IMG/VR virus record: IMGVR_UViG_3300029668_000007
Source of the DNA: a virus
Length of the DNA stretch: 38,453 nucleotides
Direction: 5' to 3' (one strand)
The notes beneath the pieces were generated by a model. The model saw only the letters and a list, made by a program, of their open reading frames with translations, ran no database searches and had not been told where the DNA came from. Positions within the stretch are counted from its first letter, which is position 1; every line of letters starts with the position of its first letter. Positions 19,081 to 29,602 of the stretch are shown one piece after another. Made by a program: the position numbers and the translations under genes.

Positions 19081-20855
19081 TGAGGGGCAAATATGCGGAA
19101 ACAGTATGGAACTACGTGCAGAGCGTACTCAACGGGGAGCGGATAGCCTGCCGGGATCTGACGCTTGGGTGTAGGCGATTCGCGGAAATGGTGGAGAGCG
19201 GGAAGTACGACATCAAGACCAAGGACGCGGATTTCGTGATTGGGATCATCGAGGCGACGTTCAAACACAGGCAAGGGGAAAACCTAAAGGGCGAGCCAAT
19301 GCGCGGCAAGCCCTTTTTACTTGAGCCTTGGCAAAAGTTTTGCTTGTACGCCATGCTGATCTTCTTCAAGCCGGGGACGGAGGAGCGGCTGGTAAAAGAG
19401 GCGTTTATCTTCATCCCGCGGAAAAACAGCAAAACGCTGTTCGCGGCGGCGATTGCCTACGGGCTGGCGATCCTCGAAAGGGCCAGTGGGGCGAAGGTGT
19501 ACGTTGTAGGCGCGGCCCTTAAACAGGCCATGGAAAGCTTTGACAACTGGCGCTACAACATCGAAAACAGCCTGTACGGCAGCCGAAAAGAGGCGGAGGC
19601 GGACGGATGGAAGATCCTCAACAACAGTTTCGGGCACAGTATCAGCCATGAGAATCTGGCGGGAGGCTCCATCAGCCTGAACGCGCTGGCATCCAACCCG
19701 GACAAACAGGACTCCTTTAACTGTAATATCGTCATCGCCGATGAAATCCACGCCTACAAGACACCGAAGCAGTACAACATCCTCAAAGAGGCCACAAAGG
19801 CGTACACAAATAAGCTGGTGATCGGTATCACCACAGCGGGCGACGACGGGACGGGCTTCTGTGCACAGCGCTTGGAGTACTGCCGCAAGATCCTAAACGG
19901 GACAGTGGAGGACGATGCGTATTTTATCTTCGTGTGCTGCGCTGACGCGGACGAAGACGGAGAAGTAGATTTCACGTCGCCGATCCAGCACCAAAAAGCA
20001 AACCCAAACTACGGGATCACAATCCGACCCGCGGACATCATGAACGATGCGCTGCAAGCTCAAAACGACCCACAGCAGCGTAAGGATTTCTTTGCCAAGT
20101 CGCTAAACCGCTTCACGGCGGCGCTCAAGGCGTATTTTGATGTGGAGGAGTTCAGGCGTAGCAACAGGAAAGCGGAGGAGGCGCTGGGAATCAAGCCGGA
20201 GTGGCCGACGGAGAGAAAAATGCGGGCTCTTGCGGCGCTGCGCGCGGACTGGTATGGAGGCACAGACCTGTCCAAACTGCACGACCTGACGGCGGCGGCG
20301 CTGGTGGCACACTATAACGGGATCGATATCATCATCACACATGCATGGTTTCCAATCGTAGCGGCAGCCAAAAAGGCGGACGAGGACAATATTCCCCTGT
20401 TCGGCTGGCGTGATGACGGCTGGCTGGATATGTGCAATGCACCGACCAACGACGCGACGACCGTCGTCAACTGGTACAAGGCCCGGAAAAAGGATGGATT
20501 CAAGATCCGCCAAGTCGGGCACGATCGAAAGTTCTGCCGCGAATATTTCCTTGAGATGAAACGGGCGGGTTTCCGAATCGTCGATCAACCGCAGTATTTC
20601 TACAAGAAAAGCGAAGGCTTTAGGCACATCGAGAGTCAGGTGAAGAATAACCGCCTGTATTACCTCGGAAGCGAAGCCTACGAGTACTGTGTGCAAAACG
20701 TCCGAGCTATCGAAAAAACGGACGACATGATCCAATACGAGAAGATCCAGCCACAGCACAGGATCGACCTGTTTGACGCGTCGGTCTTTGCGGTGATACG
20801 GATGCTAGAAGACATGGAGAGGATAAGCGATGCAAAAAGCTGGATGGATGAGTAA
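19077..20855 (+). CDS. terL: Terminase large subunit (592 aa)
   Basis: The size and position fit. There is a P-loop-like IPRKNSKT and a Walker-B-like IVIADEIH, and the start overlaps the terS stop. Confidence 0.9.
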   Translation: MMRGKYAETVWNYVQSVLNGERIACRDLTLGCRRFAEMVESGKYDIKTKDADFVIGIIEATFKHRQGENLKGEPMRGKPFLLEPWQKFCLYAMLIFFKPGTEERLVKEAFIFIPRKNSKTLFAAAIAYGLAILERASGAKVYVVGAALKQAMESFDNWRYNIENSLYGSRKEAEADGWKILNNSFGHSISHENLAGGSISLNALASNPDKQDSFNCNIVIADEIHAYKTPKQYNILKEATKAYTNKLVIGITTAGDDGTGFCAQRLEYCRKILNGTVEDDAYFIFVCCADADEDGEVDFTSPIQHQKANPNYGITIRPADIMNDALQAQNDPQQRKDFFAKSLNRFTAALKAYFDVEEFRRSNRKAEEALGIKPEWPTERKMRALAALRADWYGGTDLSKLHDLTAAALVAHYNGIDIIITHAWFPIVAAAKKADEDNIPLFGWRDDGWLDMCNAPTNDATTVVNWYKARKKDGFKIRQVGHDRKFCREYFLEMKRAGFRIVDQPQYFYKKSEGFRHIESQVKNNRLYYLGSEAYEYCVQNVRAIEKTDDMIQYEKIQPQHRIDLFDASVFAVIRMLEDMERISDAKSWMDE

Positions 20856-22038
20856 ATGGTTTCCCACCGGGCGAAGCAGAGACAAGCCCGGAAAAGTAAA
20901 AAGGTCTGGGGTGCTTTGCTCGCCGGACGTGTGGACGATCCTGTGCGGGGACGGCTACAAGCCGGTCACCTCCTGCCCGGAGGTGCAGATGTGCGCCGGG
21001 GTCTATGCTGACCTGATCTCCTGCATGACGATCCATCTAATGCAGAATACAGATCAGGGCGACGTGCGGATCAAAAACGAGCTTGCAAAGAAGCTCGACA
21101 TATCGCCAAACAAGGACATGACGAGGAGCACGTTCATGTCCTTGCTGGTTTCTACGCTGATTCTGCACGGCAATCAGGTGACGATCCCACGCTACAACGG
21201 CGAGCTATTGGAGGAGCTACAGCCTGTCAAACCGTCCATGGTAAGCTTCCGACAGGACGGAGAGAGCTATCGAGTGTACGCGGGAGGCCGGGAATACAGC
21301 CCGGACGAAGTGCTGCACTTCCTGATCCGCCCAGACCCGGAACAACCGTGGCAGGGACAAGGGTTTCAGGTGGCTCTTGCGGACGTGGTGCGAAGTTTAC
21401 GGCAGACCAACGCGACCAAAGAGGCAATTATGAAAAGCCCTGCGCCGTCCATCATCGTAAAAGTGGACGGACTGACGGAGGAGTTTGCCAGCAAAGAGGG
21501 ACGAAGGAAACTCCGGGAGCAATATCTGGATGCCAGCGAGACAGGACAGCCGTGGATGATCCCGTCGGAGGCGTTCAGCGTGGAGCAGGTAAAGCCCCTG
21601 ACGCTCAACGATCTGGCAATCGAAAAGAGCCTAGAACTCGACAAAAAGGCGGTAGCGGCCATGATGGGCGTTCCGTCTTTTTTGGTAGGCGTGGGAGAGT
21701 TCAAGCGGGAGGAATTTAACTGGTTCGTGTCCACCCGGGTCATGGCCGTAGCAAAGAGCATTGAACAGGAATTGACGAAAAAGCTCCTGTATTCGCCGGA
21801 ACTGTACTGGCGGTTTAACCATCGAAGCCTGCTCAACTACGACATCGGAGAGTTGGTCAACGCGGGTAAAGAGATGGTCGACCGCATGGCGCTGCGGCGG
21901 AATGAGTGGCGCGACTGGCTGGGCTTTGCGCCGGATCCTGATATGGACGAGTTGCTGGCACTGGAAAACTACATCCCGGCGGATCGTCTGGGAGATCAAG
22001 GTAAACTCGTGAGAGGAGGTGAGAGCGATGAGGAGTGA
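20830..22038 (+). CDS. Portal protein, HK97 family (402 aa)
   Basis: It lies directly after terL with an overlap. Its size, and the order portal-protease-capsid, fit the family. Confidence 0.85.
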   Translation: MQKAGWMSKWFPTGRSRDKPGKVKRSGVLCSPDVWTILCGDGYKPVTSCPEVQMCAGVYADLISCMTIHLMQNTDQGDVRIKNELAKKLDISPNKDMTRSTFMSLLVSTLILHGNQVTIPRYNGELLEELQPVKPSMVSFRQDGESYRVYAGGREYSPDEVLHFLIRPDPEQPWQGQGFQVALADVVRSLRQTNATKEAIMKSPAPSIIVKVDGLTEEFASKEGRRKLREQYLDASETGQPWMIPSEAFSVEQVKPLTLNDLAIEKSLELDKKAVAAMMGVPSFLVGVGEFKREEFNWFVSTRVMAVAKSIEQELTKKLLYSPELYWRFNHRSLLNYDIGELVNAGKEMVDRMALRRNEWRDWLGFAPDPDMDELLALENYIPADRLGDQGKLVRGGESDEE

Positions 22039-22606
22039 ACGACAGACCCGTGGCGGCGCGACTCGCTTTGAGACGCGGGAAGAAAACGGCAAAAAGAAAA
22101 TCGAGGGTTACTTTGCCGTGTTCGACAGCAACTACGAGATCTTTGACGGGGCGACGGAAAGCATCGATCGTCACGCCTTCGATGGGGCGCTGGACGGTGA
22201 CATCCGGGCACTGATCGACCACGAGACACGTCTGGTGCTGGGCCGCACGACGGCGGGCACCATGACGCTGCGAGTGGACGAGCATGGACTGTGGGGCAGC
22301 ATCGAGATCAACGAGCAGGACAGCGACGCAATGAACCTGTATGCGCGGGTACAACGGGGCGACGTGAGCCAATGCTCCTTCGGCTTCGACATCCTCCAAG
22401 AGCGGACGGACGTGGATCCGGGGACTGGGGCCGTCCATTGGACGATCGAGCGCGTAAAGCTCTACGAGGTGTCCTGCGTGACGTTCCCGGCGTACAAGGA
22501 GACCGCCATTTCCGCCCGGGCGGCGGAATATCAGGAAATCCAAAAAAGGCAGATCGAGCTCTGGAAAGAGCGGATGAAAGCGAGGCTGAAAAAAGAATGG
22601 CATTGA
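22028..22606 (+). CDS. Prohead protease, HK97 family (192 aa)
   Basis: ATG 22028 lies 8 nt after GAGGAGG, whereas the ORF track starts at GTG 22019. The pattern IEGYFAVFD ... LIDHE ... VLGR ... SFGF is typical of the family. Confidence 0.85.
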   Translation: MRSERQTRGGATRFETREENGKKKIEGYFAVFDSNYEIFDGATESIDRHAFDGALDGDIRALIDHETRLVLGRTTAGTMTLRVDEHGLWGSIEINEQDSDAMNLYARVQRGDVSQCSFGFDILQERTDVDPGTGAVHWTIERVKLYEVSCVTFPAYKETAISARAAEYQEIQKRQIELWKERMKARLKKEWH

Positions 22607-24021
22607 GACAGGTCATCCTCGGCAAAAAGATCGGGGATCTGAACAAGGAACTGGCGGCGGAGGAAACCAAAGAGGCCGAACTGCGGGAGCGCAGGGCCGA
22701 AATGGAGCGCCGCGAGGCGGAACTGACGGAAGCGGTGGAGGAAGTCACCGAGGAAACCAGCCCGGAAGACAAGGAAGCGCTGGACGGCGAACTCGCCAAG
22801 TACGAGGAGGACGACAAGGCGCTGGCAGCGGAGGAAGAAGAACACGAGACCAAGCGACAGGCCATCAAGGCCCAGATCGCGGAGCTGGAAAAGGAGCTGG
22901 AAGAAATCAACGAGCGCAGCGCCTCCACCGGCAAAAAGGCGGAAGACCGCAAAGAAAGGAAGGCTGAAAGACCTATGGAGAATCGGAAATTCTTTGGCAT
23001 GGACGTACAGGAGAGAGACGCATTTTTCGCGCGGGAGGATGTGAAGGGCTTCCTGCGGACGCTGCGCGAAATGGGCCGCGAAAAGCGGAGCATTACCGGC
23101 GGCGATCTGACCATCCCCGACGTGATGCTGGGCATTATCCGCCAGCAGACCGCCGAGAACAGCAAGCTGCTGAAACACGTGACTGTGCGTCAGGTTCCCG
23201 GCACTAGCCGGATGCTGGTGGCGGGCGCTATCCCGGAGGCCGTATGGACGGAGATGTGCGCCAAGCTCAACGAGCTTGCTCTGAGCTTTACCAATGTGGA
23301 GATGGACGGCTACAAGGTGGGCGGCTTCATCCCCGTATGCAACGCCCTGCTTGAGGACAGCGATATCGCGCTGGCGACCGAGGTACTGACCGCCATTGGC
23401 CGAGCTATCGGCCTTGCGCTGGATAAGGCTATCCTGTACGGCACGGGCACCAAGATGCCGCTTGGTATCGTGACCCGTCTGGCCCAGAGCAGCGAGCCGA
23501 GCGGCTACTCCACCAACGAGCGCGCTTGGGCCGATCTGCACACAAGCCACCTCAAGGCCATCACCAACAAGACCGGCGTGGAACTGTTCAAGGAGATCGC
23601 GACGATCAGCGGCGCGACCAGAAACGATTACGCCAGCGGCGCGAAGTTCTGGACCATGAACGAGGCGACCAAACTCAAGCTGACCGTGGAGGCCATGAGC
23701 CTCAACAGCGCCGGTGCGCTGGTAACGGGTATGCAGGACGTGATGCCGGTCATCGGCGGCACGATCGAGACCCTCAACTTCATCCCGGACAACCAGATCA
23801 TCGGCGGCTACGGCGAACTGTACGTGCTGGCCGAGCGTGCGGGCGTAAAGCTGGCAACCAGTGAGCACTGCCTTTTCATTGAGGATCAGACCGTATTCAA
23901 GGGCACTGCCCGCTACGACGGCAAGCCCGTGATCGCGGAGGGCTTCGTCGGCATCGGCATTGCCGGTACTGCGCCGGACGCTGACGACGTGACCTTTGCC
24001 AGCGATACCGCAAACCCTTGA
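22597..24021 (+). CDS. Major capsid protein, HK97 fold, with N-terminal coiled-coil scaffold-like domain (474 aa)
   Basis: ATG 22597 overlaps the protease stop. The first ~115 residues are an E/K/A-rich coiled coil and the remainder has HK97 MCP-like length and position. Confidence 0.85.
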   Translation: MALRQVILGKKIGDLNKELAAEETKEAELRERRAEMERREAELTEAVEEVTEETSPEDKEALDGELAKYEEDDKALAAEEEEHETKRQAIKAQIAELEKELEEINERSASTGKKAEDRKERKAERPMENRKFFGMDVQERDAFFAREDVKGFLRTLREMGREKRSITGGDLTIPDVMLGIIRQQTAENSKLLKHVTVRQVPGTSRMLVAGAIPEAVWTEMCAKLNELALSFTNVEMDGYKVGGFIPVCNALLEDSDIALATEVLTAIGRAIGLALDKAILYGTGTKMPLGIVTRLAQSSEPSGYSTNERAWADLHTSHLKAITNKTGVELFKEIATISGATRNDYASGAKFWTMNEATKLKLTVEAMSLNSAGALVTGMQDVMPVIGGTIETLNFIPDNQIIGGYGELYVLAERAGVKLATSEHCLFIEDQTVFKGTARYDGKPVIAEGFVGIGIAGTAPDADDVTFASDTANP

Positions 24022-24296
24022 GTGCGGCCCTGCAAAAGCTGGAAGTAGGGTCGCTGAGCCTGTCTCCCAAATTTAGCCCGGAGACGCTGGAATACACCAG
24101 CACCACCACAGGAGCGTCCGCCAAAGTGACCGCCACGGCGGCCAAAGCTGGCGCGAAGATCGAGATCAAAAACGGCGCTACGGCGGTGACCAACGGAGGC
24201 TCTGCCACGTGGGCGACCGGCGCTAACGTGCTGACGATCAAGGTGACCTACGGTACGACCGTGCGAACCTACAAGGTGACGGTCACTAAGAGCTAA
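24018..24296 (+). CDS. Ig-like (cadherin-like beta-sandwich) domain protein, 92 aa; decoration protein or capsid C-terminal extension
   Basis: The pattern is LSLSPKFSPETLEYTSTT...VTATAAKAGAKIEI...GANVLTIKVTYGTTVRTYKVTV. The TTG start overlaps the capsid stop (TTGA) and has no SD. Confidence 0.6.
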   Translation: MSAALQKLEVGSLSLSPKFSPETLEYTSTTTGASAKVTATAAKAGAKIEIKNGATAVTNGGSATWATGANVLTIKVTYGTTVRTYKVTVTKS

Positions 24297-24301
24297 GAGA
24301 C

Positions 24302-24330
24302 GGGAGCGGGCGTGATTCGCGCCCGCTCCC
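24302..24330 (+). terminator. Perfect 11-bp GC stem-loop after the capsid/Ig genes
   Basis: The structure is GGGAGCGGGCG-TGATTCG-CGCCCGCTCCC with only a weak U tract after it. It is a likely partial terminator or mRNA stabiliser. Confidence 0.4.
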
Positions 24331-24354
24331 CTATTCCCAGAAAGGAGGGCGCAC

Positions 24355-24645
24355 ATGGACAAAACGACGGTGCTGTCGCTGGTCAAATCCCGTCTAAACC
24401 GCTTACAGAGCGATACCAGTATGGACGAATACCTGCTGGTGCTGATCGACGCGGCGGAGGAAGAACTCAAGCGGACGGGAATCACCATCCGGGAGGGAAG
24501 CGCCGACGACGCGTTCCTCCTGACGAATCTGGCCGTGTGGCGATACCAGAACAGGGACAGCGCGGGGGCCATGCCTCCGTGGCTGGCCCAATACCGGCGG
24601 GAGCGCTGGCTGGCGGAAAGGGCGGTGCATGAGGATGCTCCTTGA
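24355..24645 (+). CDS. Head-tail connector (gp6-like) protein (96 aa)
   Basis: AGGAGGG lies upstream. The size, position and the LLVLIDAAEEELKRTGITI pattern resemble the phage head-tail connector family. Confidence 0.6.
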   Translation: MDKTTVLSLVKSRLNRLQSDTSMDEYLLVLIDAAEEELKRTGITIREGSADDAFLLTNLAVWRYQNRDSAGAMPPWLAQYRRERWLAERAVHEDAP

Positions 24646-24985
24646 TAGTGGTATCTGCACTGTGTTTCAGCGGGAGGACGTATCAGAGGGCGGCGGAATG
24701 CCGAAGTACGAATACACCGTACTGACTAAGAGCTGGTATGGCGAGCTGGACTTTGAGACCGTGCCCGTAAACCCCAACGGCAAACGAGAGGACACTGAGG
24801 CCAGCTCAAGGATCCGAATCTACCAAAACCGCCAGATCGACAACCACACGGTGGTAGTGCTGGCAGACGTGGGCGCACTGCCGAAAACCGGCGTGCGCTA
24901 CGACGTGACGCGGGCCTATCACGGCCACGACGACGATAACGGCCAGCCCATTACCGACCTGACGTTAAAGGCGGTGGAAGCATGA
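24629..24985 (+). CDS. Head closure / head-tail adaptor protein (118 aa)
   Basis: The call rests on position and size in a conserved HK97-type order. The start overlaps the preceding gene. Confidence 0.55.
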   Translation: MRMLLDSGICTVFQREDVSEGGGMPKYEYTVLTKSWYGELDFETVPVNPNGKREDTEASSRIRIYQNRQIDNHTVVVLADVGALPKTGVRYDVTRAYHGHDDDNGQPITDLTLKAVEA

Positions 24986-25296
24986 CACTGCCGGAGTTTG
25001 GGCGGCTGCTGGCGACGGTAGACCCGGACGTTAAGCACCACGTCAGCGCCAAGCGCGGGAACTATACCACGTGGGCCGAGTATGAGCGCATCGACGCTTC
25101 GGCGGATGGTATCAATCAAGGCGGATGGAAAGTACAGGTGGAGCGATACACGCGGGACGAGTACGACGAGATCGCGGCGGCGCTCTATGACCTGCTACAG
25201 CACCGGGACAACTTGGCCGTGGAGTACCTGATGGACAGTGAGGGCGACGGCGAGGATCTGGTCATCCGGCACCTGTTCGATTGTGAGGTGTGGTGA
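24982..25296 (+). CDS. Hypothetical head-tail joining protein (104 aa)
   Basis: The call rests on position only. The start is ATGA-coupled. Confidence 0.5.
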   Translation: MTLPEFGRLLATVDPDVKHHVSAKRGNYTTWAEYERIDASADGINQGGWKVQVERYTRDEYDEIAAALYDLLQHRDNLAVEYLMDSEGDGEDLVIRHLFDCEVW

Positions 25297-25297
25297 G

Positions 25298-25735
25298 ATG
25301 GCTAATTTCCATGTGCAGGGGGTAGACGGCCTTGCCAAAGGTCTAAAGCTATTAGGCCAAGAGACAGGCCCAATGGCGGAAGATATGCTAAGAGCGGGAG
25401 CCGTAATCATGATCGGGACATGGAATCAGGTCATTATCGCCAGAGGCCATGTGGACACGGGAGCCATGCTTAAAGGCGTAAAAGCAACAAAAATCAAGAA
25501 AAACAAAGACGGGGATCTTGAAATCCAAGTTTACCCTCAAGGGAAGGACAAGGACGGAACGCGAAACGCGGAAAAAGCCTTTCTGCTGCATTACGGCTGG
25601 AAAAGCAATGCGGCTACAAAAGGGCCATGGGTCGGAGATCACTTTGTGAACGAGATCGAAGACCAAGGAACACCAAAGGCGATAGAAGCCATGGAATTTA
25701 TCATGAACAAACAGATTGAAAGGAGTGGACTCTAA
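25298..25735 (+). CDS. HK97 gp10-like tail-completion protein (145 aa)
   Basis: The start MANFHVQGVDGLAKGL... and its position before the major tail gene fit the family. The gene is visibly A/T-richer than its neighbours. Confidence 0.6.
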   Translation: MANFHVQGVDGLAKGLKLLGQETGPMAEDMLRAGAVIMIGTWNQVIIARGHVDTGAMLKGVKATKIKKNKDGDLEIQVYPQGKDKDGTRNAEKAFLLHYGWKSNAATKGPWVGDHFVNEIEDQGTPKAIEAMEFIMNKQIERSGL

Positions 25736-26326
25736 ATGGCATTTGTGGGCATGAAGCACGTTGTAGCCGCCCCAATCAAAACGGAAGTAGCCGGTCAGGC
25801 TGTGACCTACGACACGGGCGTGGAGATCGGCGCGGCGATCAGTGCGACGGTGACCATCAACCGCAACACCGAGGGCCTGTATGCTAACGACGCGCTCAAG
25901 GAGAGCGACAACAGCATCACGGGCGGAACCATTGACCTCAACATTGACGATATCAGCGACGACGCGGCGGAAAAAATCCTAGGGGTCAAAAAGACGGCGG
26001 GAGAAAGCCAAAATCCGACGGTCTTCCACGAGACGGGCGAGGCTGCGCCCTATGTGGGCCTTGGATACTACCGGGTGCGGCGGCTCAACGGCGTTGAGAG
26101 CTATCGGGCGTACTGGTATCACAAGACCCAGCTTTCCATGGCCAACGAGACGGCCAACACCAAGGCGGGGAGCATCACGTGGCAGACTCCTACCCTCAAT
26201 GGCAACATCATGGCCGTGGTCAACGATTCCAGCGGAAAAAGCAAATTCCGGGACTACGCAGACTTTACGGAGGAATCCAAGGCGATTGCGTGGCTGGACA
26301 CCAAGGCCAACGTGGCGGGGGCTTAA
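25736..26326 (+). CDS. Major tail protein (196 aa)
   Basis: AGGAG lies 10 nt upstream. The gene sits immediately before the G/GT chaperone pair and the tape measure, and is phi13-family-like by recollection. Confidence 0.75.
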   Translation: MAFVGMKHVVAAPIKTEVAGQAVTYDTGVEIGAAISATVTINRNTEGLYANDALKESDNSITGGTIDLNIDDISDDAAEKILGVKKTAGESQNPTVFHETGEAAPYVGLGYYRVRRLNGVESYRAYWYHKTQLSMANETANTKAGSITWQTPTLNGNIMAVVNDSSGKSKFRDYADFTEESKAIAWLDTKANVAGA

Positions 26327-26328
26327 AA

Positions 26329-26697
26329 ATGGCCGAGCTGAGAATGAAAGTGGCGGGGCGCGAGCTGCGCTTCGCCTTTGATCTACAGGCGTGGTTCGAC
26401 GTGGAGGCGGCCTTCGGAAGCCTAAGCGAAATGAACCGGCGGCTGGAAGAAAACGAGCGACCCATGGAGGTCAGTATGGAGCTGGCGGCCATCACGGCCA
26501 CGGCGGGAGACCGGGGGAGCGAGCCTGTGACGGTGGAATGGCTGCGGGAGCACCTGACCCCAAAACAGGCCAGCAAGGCCGCCATGCTGGCGAAAACGGC
26601 CTTTGTGGAGGGTATGACCCGGGACGAAGACGAGCCGGAGGGAGCTACGGACGTGGTGCTGGAAGAGCTCGAAAAAAAAACGAACGCCGAAGCCTAA
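26329..26697 (+). CDS. Tail assembly chaperone G (122 aa)
   Basis: It lies between the major tail and tape measure genes. An A9 slippery run precedes its stop. Confidence 0.75.
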   Translation: MAELRMKVAGRELRFAFDLQAWFDVEAAFGSLSEMNRRLEENERPMEVSMELAAITATAGDRGSEPVTVEWLREHLTPKQASKAAMLAKTAFVEGMTRDEDEPEGATDVVLEELEKKTNAEA

Positions 26698-26864
26698 AAG
26701 CAATCCGATTCTTGGGCTACGGGCTGACGGCGGGGCTCAGTCGGGCGGAGGCGCTCACTACCCCGCCGTCAATAATCATGGAGCTATATTTGCAGCGGCG
26801 GGATTATGACGACCAGCTGCACGGGATCAAAAGAAAGCGCCTTGCGGATTGGAGTGACGAGTAA
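26329..26864 (+). CDS. Tail assembly chaperone GT (-1 frameshift product)
   Basis: The -1 frame is open from the slippery run at 26672-26680 to the stop at 26864, which abuts the tape measure start. Confidence 0.65.
26672..26680 (+). promoter_or_regulatory. Slippery A9 run (G AAA AAA AAC) for the G/GT -1 frameshift
   Basis: Read directly. The zero-frame codons are GAA AAA AAA ACG. Confidence 0.7.
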
Positions 26865-28861
26865 TGGCGGTGCGGGAGATCAAGACAAGCATTGCACTGG
26901 ACGGCGAACAAGCCTTTAAGCAGGCGCTGGCGGACGCGAGCCGGAATCTGCGCGTTATGGACGCAGACCTGAAAGCGGCTGCGACCGAATTTAAGGTAAC
27001 CGGCGACGCACAGCAATACTACACGGAGAAAAGCCGAAGCCTGAAAGAACAGATCGCCCAGCAGGAGCAGGTCGTAGACGCGCTGGTGAATGCGGTGCGG
27101 CAAAGCGCCGCCGTATACGGAAACAACAGTGCGAAAACGGACGAGTGGCGAATCAAGCTGAGCAATGCCACCGCCAAACTGATGACCATGAAAAAAGGCC
27201 TCCAAGACACGGACAAGGAGGCGGAGGAGTTTGGGCGGGACAGTAAGCGCGTCGGGAAACAGATCGAGGACGGGATCGGAGACGGCGCGGAGGAAGCCAA
27301 CAAGAGCGTTAAAGACCTGATTGAAAACCTACAACAGGACATCGGAAGTATCAAGGGGAGCGTAGGCTTTCAGGTGGCCGCCACGGTAACGCAAACCATT
27401 TCCAGCGCCGTGCAGGGCATGACGGAATTTGTGGAAAGCAACCGGGACTACCGCCGCGTCATGGAGCAATACGAGATAGCCGCAGAAGCTGGAAAGCACA
27501 ACAAGGATGCCATGAAAGAGATGCTGTTCAACATGGCGGCGTTCTCGGGCGACTTCGACGGTTCCGTTGAAGCCATGACAAACCTGATGCAAACGGGCCT
27601 TACTGCCGACTGGATGGAGAAAGCGACGGATATATTCTCATATGCTTCGATCATGTTTAAGGACACCCTTAAACTTGAGCAGCTGTCCGGCGACTTTCAG
27701 GAGTCGGTGGCGACGGGGAAACCTACGGGCGCATTCGCAAATTTTGTGGAAAAAATGGGCGGGAGCGTCGAGGAACTCGAAAAAGTAATGAGCGACGCGG
27801 GAACGACGGAGGCCAAGGCCATTGCAGCGCTGACCTACGTAGCCCCGAAAGGATATAAATCCAATCTGGATTCATACAACGAGAAAACGTCGAGCCTACA
27901 GGATGCGGCGAAAGCACAGCTGGAGCTGGCGGACGCGTGGGCCGGAGTCTCGGAAAAGCTGGAGCCACTGACGACGACAATGACCGTAGAGATGACGGAG
28001 GTCGTGAAACTGCTTGGCGACACCATAGACGACCTAATGCCAGTGCTGGAAGACATCGTGGAAAAAATCGGAGCGGTGGCACGGAAAGCGGTAGGCGTTA
28101 TCGACGACATTCACGATCTGGGGATCTTTGGGCTATTTGGAACCCACGCGGGCGAATCGGACGAAGAAGCACGGGCGGCGGTAGAGGGCTCTCTGAAAAA
28201 TCAGCCAAGTAAAGAAACAATGGAAAACTATCTCCCGAACGACTATGAAGCCCAAAAAGCGGCTATAGCGGCCGGGAAAAGTGCCGGAAGCGAATACGCG
28301 AAAGCACTCATCGGAGAGGCGGAGGGCGCGCTGCTGGACGACGAGAGCCTACAGAACGCCATTGACCTGCTGACGAGCGGATGGACGCTGGGCGGAGAGG
28401 ACGAGGCCGCGAACCGGCTGGAACAGCTGGGGCTGACGGACGAACAGAAACAACAGGTCATCGACGAGATGGGAAAACTGGGGATGGACATGAGCGACAG
28501 TCTGGACACGTCACTGACCGACGGGATGAATACTGCCGGGGCGAATGCCGCCGTGGCGGGACAGAACGTGGGGATTAGCGCCCAAAACGGGCTGAGTAAG
28601 GGATTCGCGGCGGCGTATATTACGACGGTGGACTGGGTCAACCGTATCAACGCGGCGGCGGCCAGTCTCGGGAGCGGGCTGGGGGCCGTGCCCACGTACG
28701 GCCTGAGTAACGGCGGATACTTCGGCGGGACGCTGGGGCGAAACCGTCTGAGCGTGACAATCCCGCTGAATATCAACGGGCGCGAGGTGGCGCGGGCCAC
28801 GGCCAGCGATATCAGCGCCATACAGGGCCAACAGTCGAGCCGCGCGTCTCGGCTGCCGTAA
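26864..28861 (+). CDS. Tape measure protein (665 aa)
   Basis: It is the longest tail gene, helical and A/E/K-rich, in the canonical position after G/GT. Confidence 0.85.
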   Translation: MAVREIKTSIALDGEQAFKQALADASRNLRVMDADLKAAATEFKVTGDAQQYYTEKSRSLKEQIAQQEQVVDALVNAVRQSAAVYGNNSAKTDEWRIKLSNATAKLMTMKKGLQDTDKEAEEFGRDSKRVGKQIEDGIGDGAEEANKSVKDLIENLQQDIGSIKGSVGFQVAATVTQTISSAVQGMTEFVESNRDYRRVMEQYEIAAEAGKHNKDAMKEMLFNMAAFSGDFDGSVEAMTNLMQTGLTADWMEKATDIFSYASIMFKDTLKLEQLSGDFQESVATGKPTGAFANFVEKMGGSVEELEKVMSDAGTTEAKAIAALTYVAPKGYKSNLDSYNEKTSSLQDAAKAQLELADAWAGVSEKLEPLTTTMTVEMTEVVKLLGDTIDDLMPVLEDIVEKIGAVARKAVGVIDDIHDLGIFGLFGTHAGESDEEARAAVEGSLKNQPSKETMENYLPNDYEAQKAAIAAGKSAGSEYAKALIGEAEGALLDDESLQNAIDLLTSGWTLGGEDEAANRLEQLGLTDEQKQQVIDEMGKLGMDMSDSLDTSLTDGMNTAGANAAVAGQNVGISAQNGLSKGFAAAYITTVDWVNRINAAAASLGSGLGAVPTYGLSNGGYFGGTLGRNRLSVTIPLNINGREVARATASDISAIQGQQSSRASRLP

Positions 28862-28873
28862 GGAGGGAGCGAG

Positions 28874-29602
28874 ATGAGGTTTAACGGCGTGGACGTGCGG
28901 GATATCCATCCACGGATCAGCATCAGTAAGGAGATCCCGCCGGGCTGCCCGGAGCGGACGGTGGAGACCGTCCAAGGCTGGGACGGAGAGACCTTCGCGG
29001 CGGTGCGGACAGAACAAGGGGAGTATTTGGCGCGGATCAATATCGCCTGTCGGACGCGGGACGACGCGTGGGAGGCTCGGTCGCGGCTGGCCCGGTGGGC
29101 TGCCAGCTCCGGGGACGGCGTGGGAGAGCTGGAACCGACCCATTGGCCGGGGAAGGCCTACGAGGCGGTGCTGGGAAGTATCTCCGCGCCGGAGTTTACG
29201 TTCGGCTTTGCGACGGTGGACGTGACATTCATCCTCCCCCGCCCCTATGCCCATGACACCTATATCAGCCGGGCCAGCGGGACGGGCGGCGCGGAAATGG
29301 CCGTCAGCGGGGACGGCGTATGCCGCCCCACCATCCGCCAGAACCTCGCGGCGGAAAGTGACGGGCTGGTGTGGAAGCTGGACGGGAAAGCCTTTCTGAC
29401 GCTGGTGGGGACAATTTCGGCGGAGGCGGTGGTGGAGATGGACACCAAGGCCGGGAGCCTGACCGTGAACGGATCCCATGCAGAGAGCCTGATCGACTAT
29501 ACGGCCAGTCTGTGGCGGCCCGGCTTTACGCCGGGGGTACACAAGATCACCAGCACGGACGGCGGCCAAATGGAAGCGAGTTGGCGGAACGAATGGATGT
29601 AG
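28874..29602 (+). CDS. Distal tail protein (Dit / siphovirus tail component), 242 aa
   Basis: It directly follows the tape measure. The size and the start MRFNGVDVRDI... are typical of the family. Confidence 0.7.
   Translation: MRFNGVDVRDIHPRISISKEIPPGCPERTVETVQGWDGETFAAVRTEQGEYLARINIACRTRDDAWEARSRLARWAASSGDGVGELEPTHWPGKAYEAVLGSISAPEFTFGFATVDVTFILPRPYAHDTYISRASGTGGAEMAVSGDGVCRPTIRQNLAAESDGLVWKLDGKAFLTLVGTISAEAVVEMDTKAGSLTVNGSHAESLIDYTASLWRPGFTPGVHKITSTDGGQMEASWRNEWM

Noticed and set aside
22531-23868. Long antisense ORFs opposite well-supported genes. Examples are 22531-23868 (445 aa), 28511-29569 (352 aa), 2927-3784 (285 aa), 28243-29040, 35717-36508, 37047-38045 and 37369-38094.
   Set aside because: Their translations are R/G/P/A/H-rich with no motifs or SDs. 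They lie opposite genes with clear family signatures. Stop codons are rare in off-frames of GC-rich DNA, so these are compositional artefacts.
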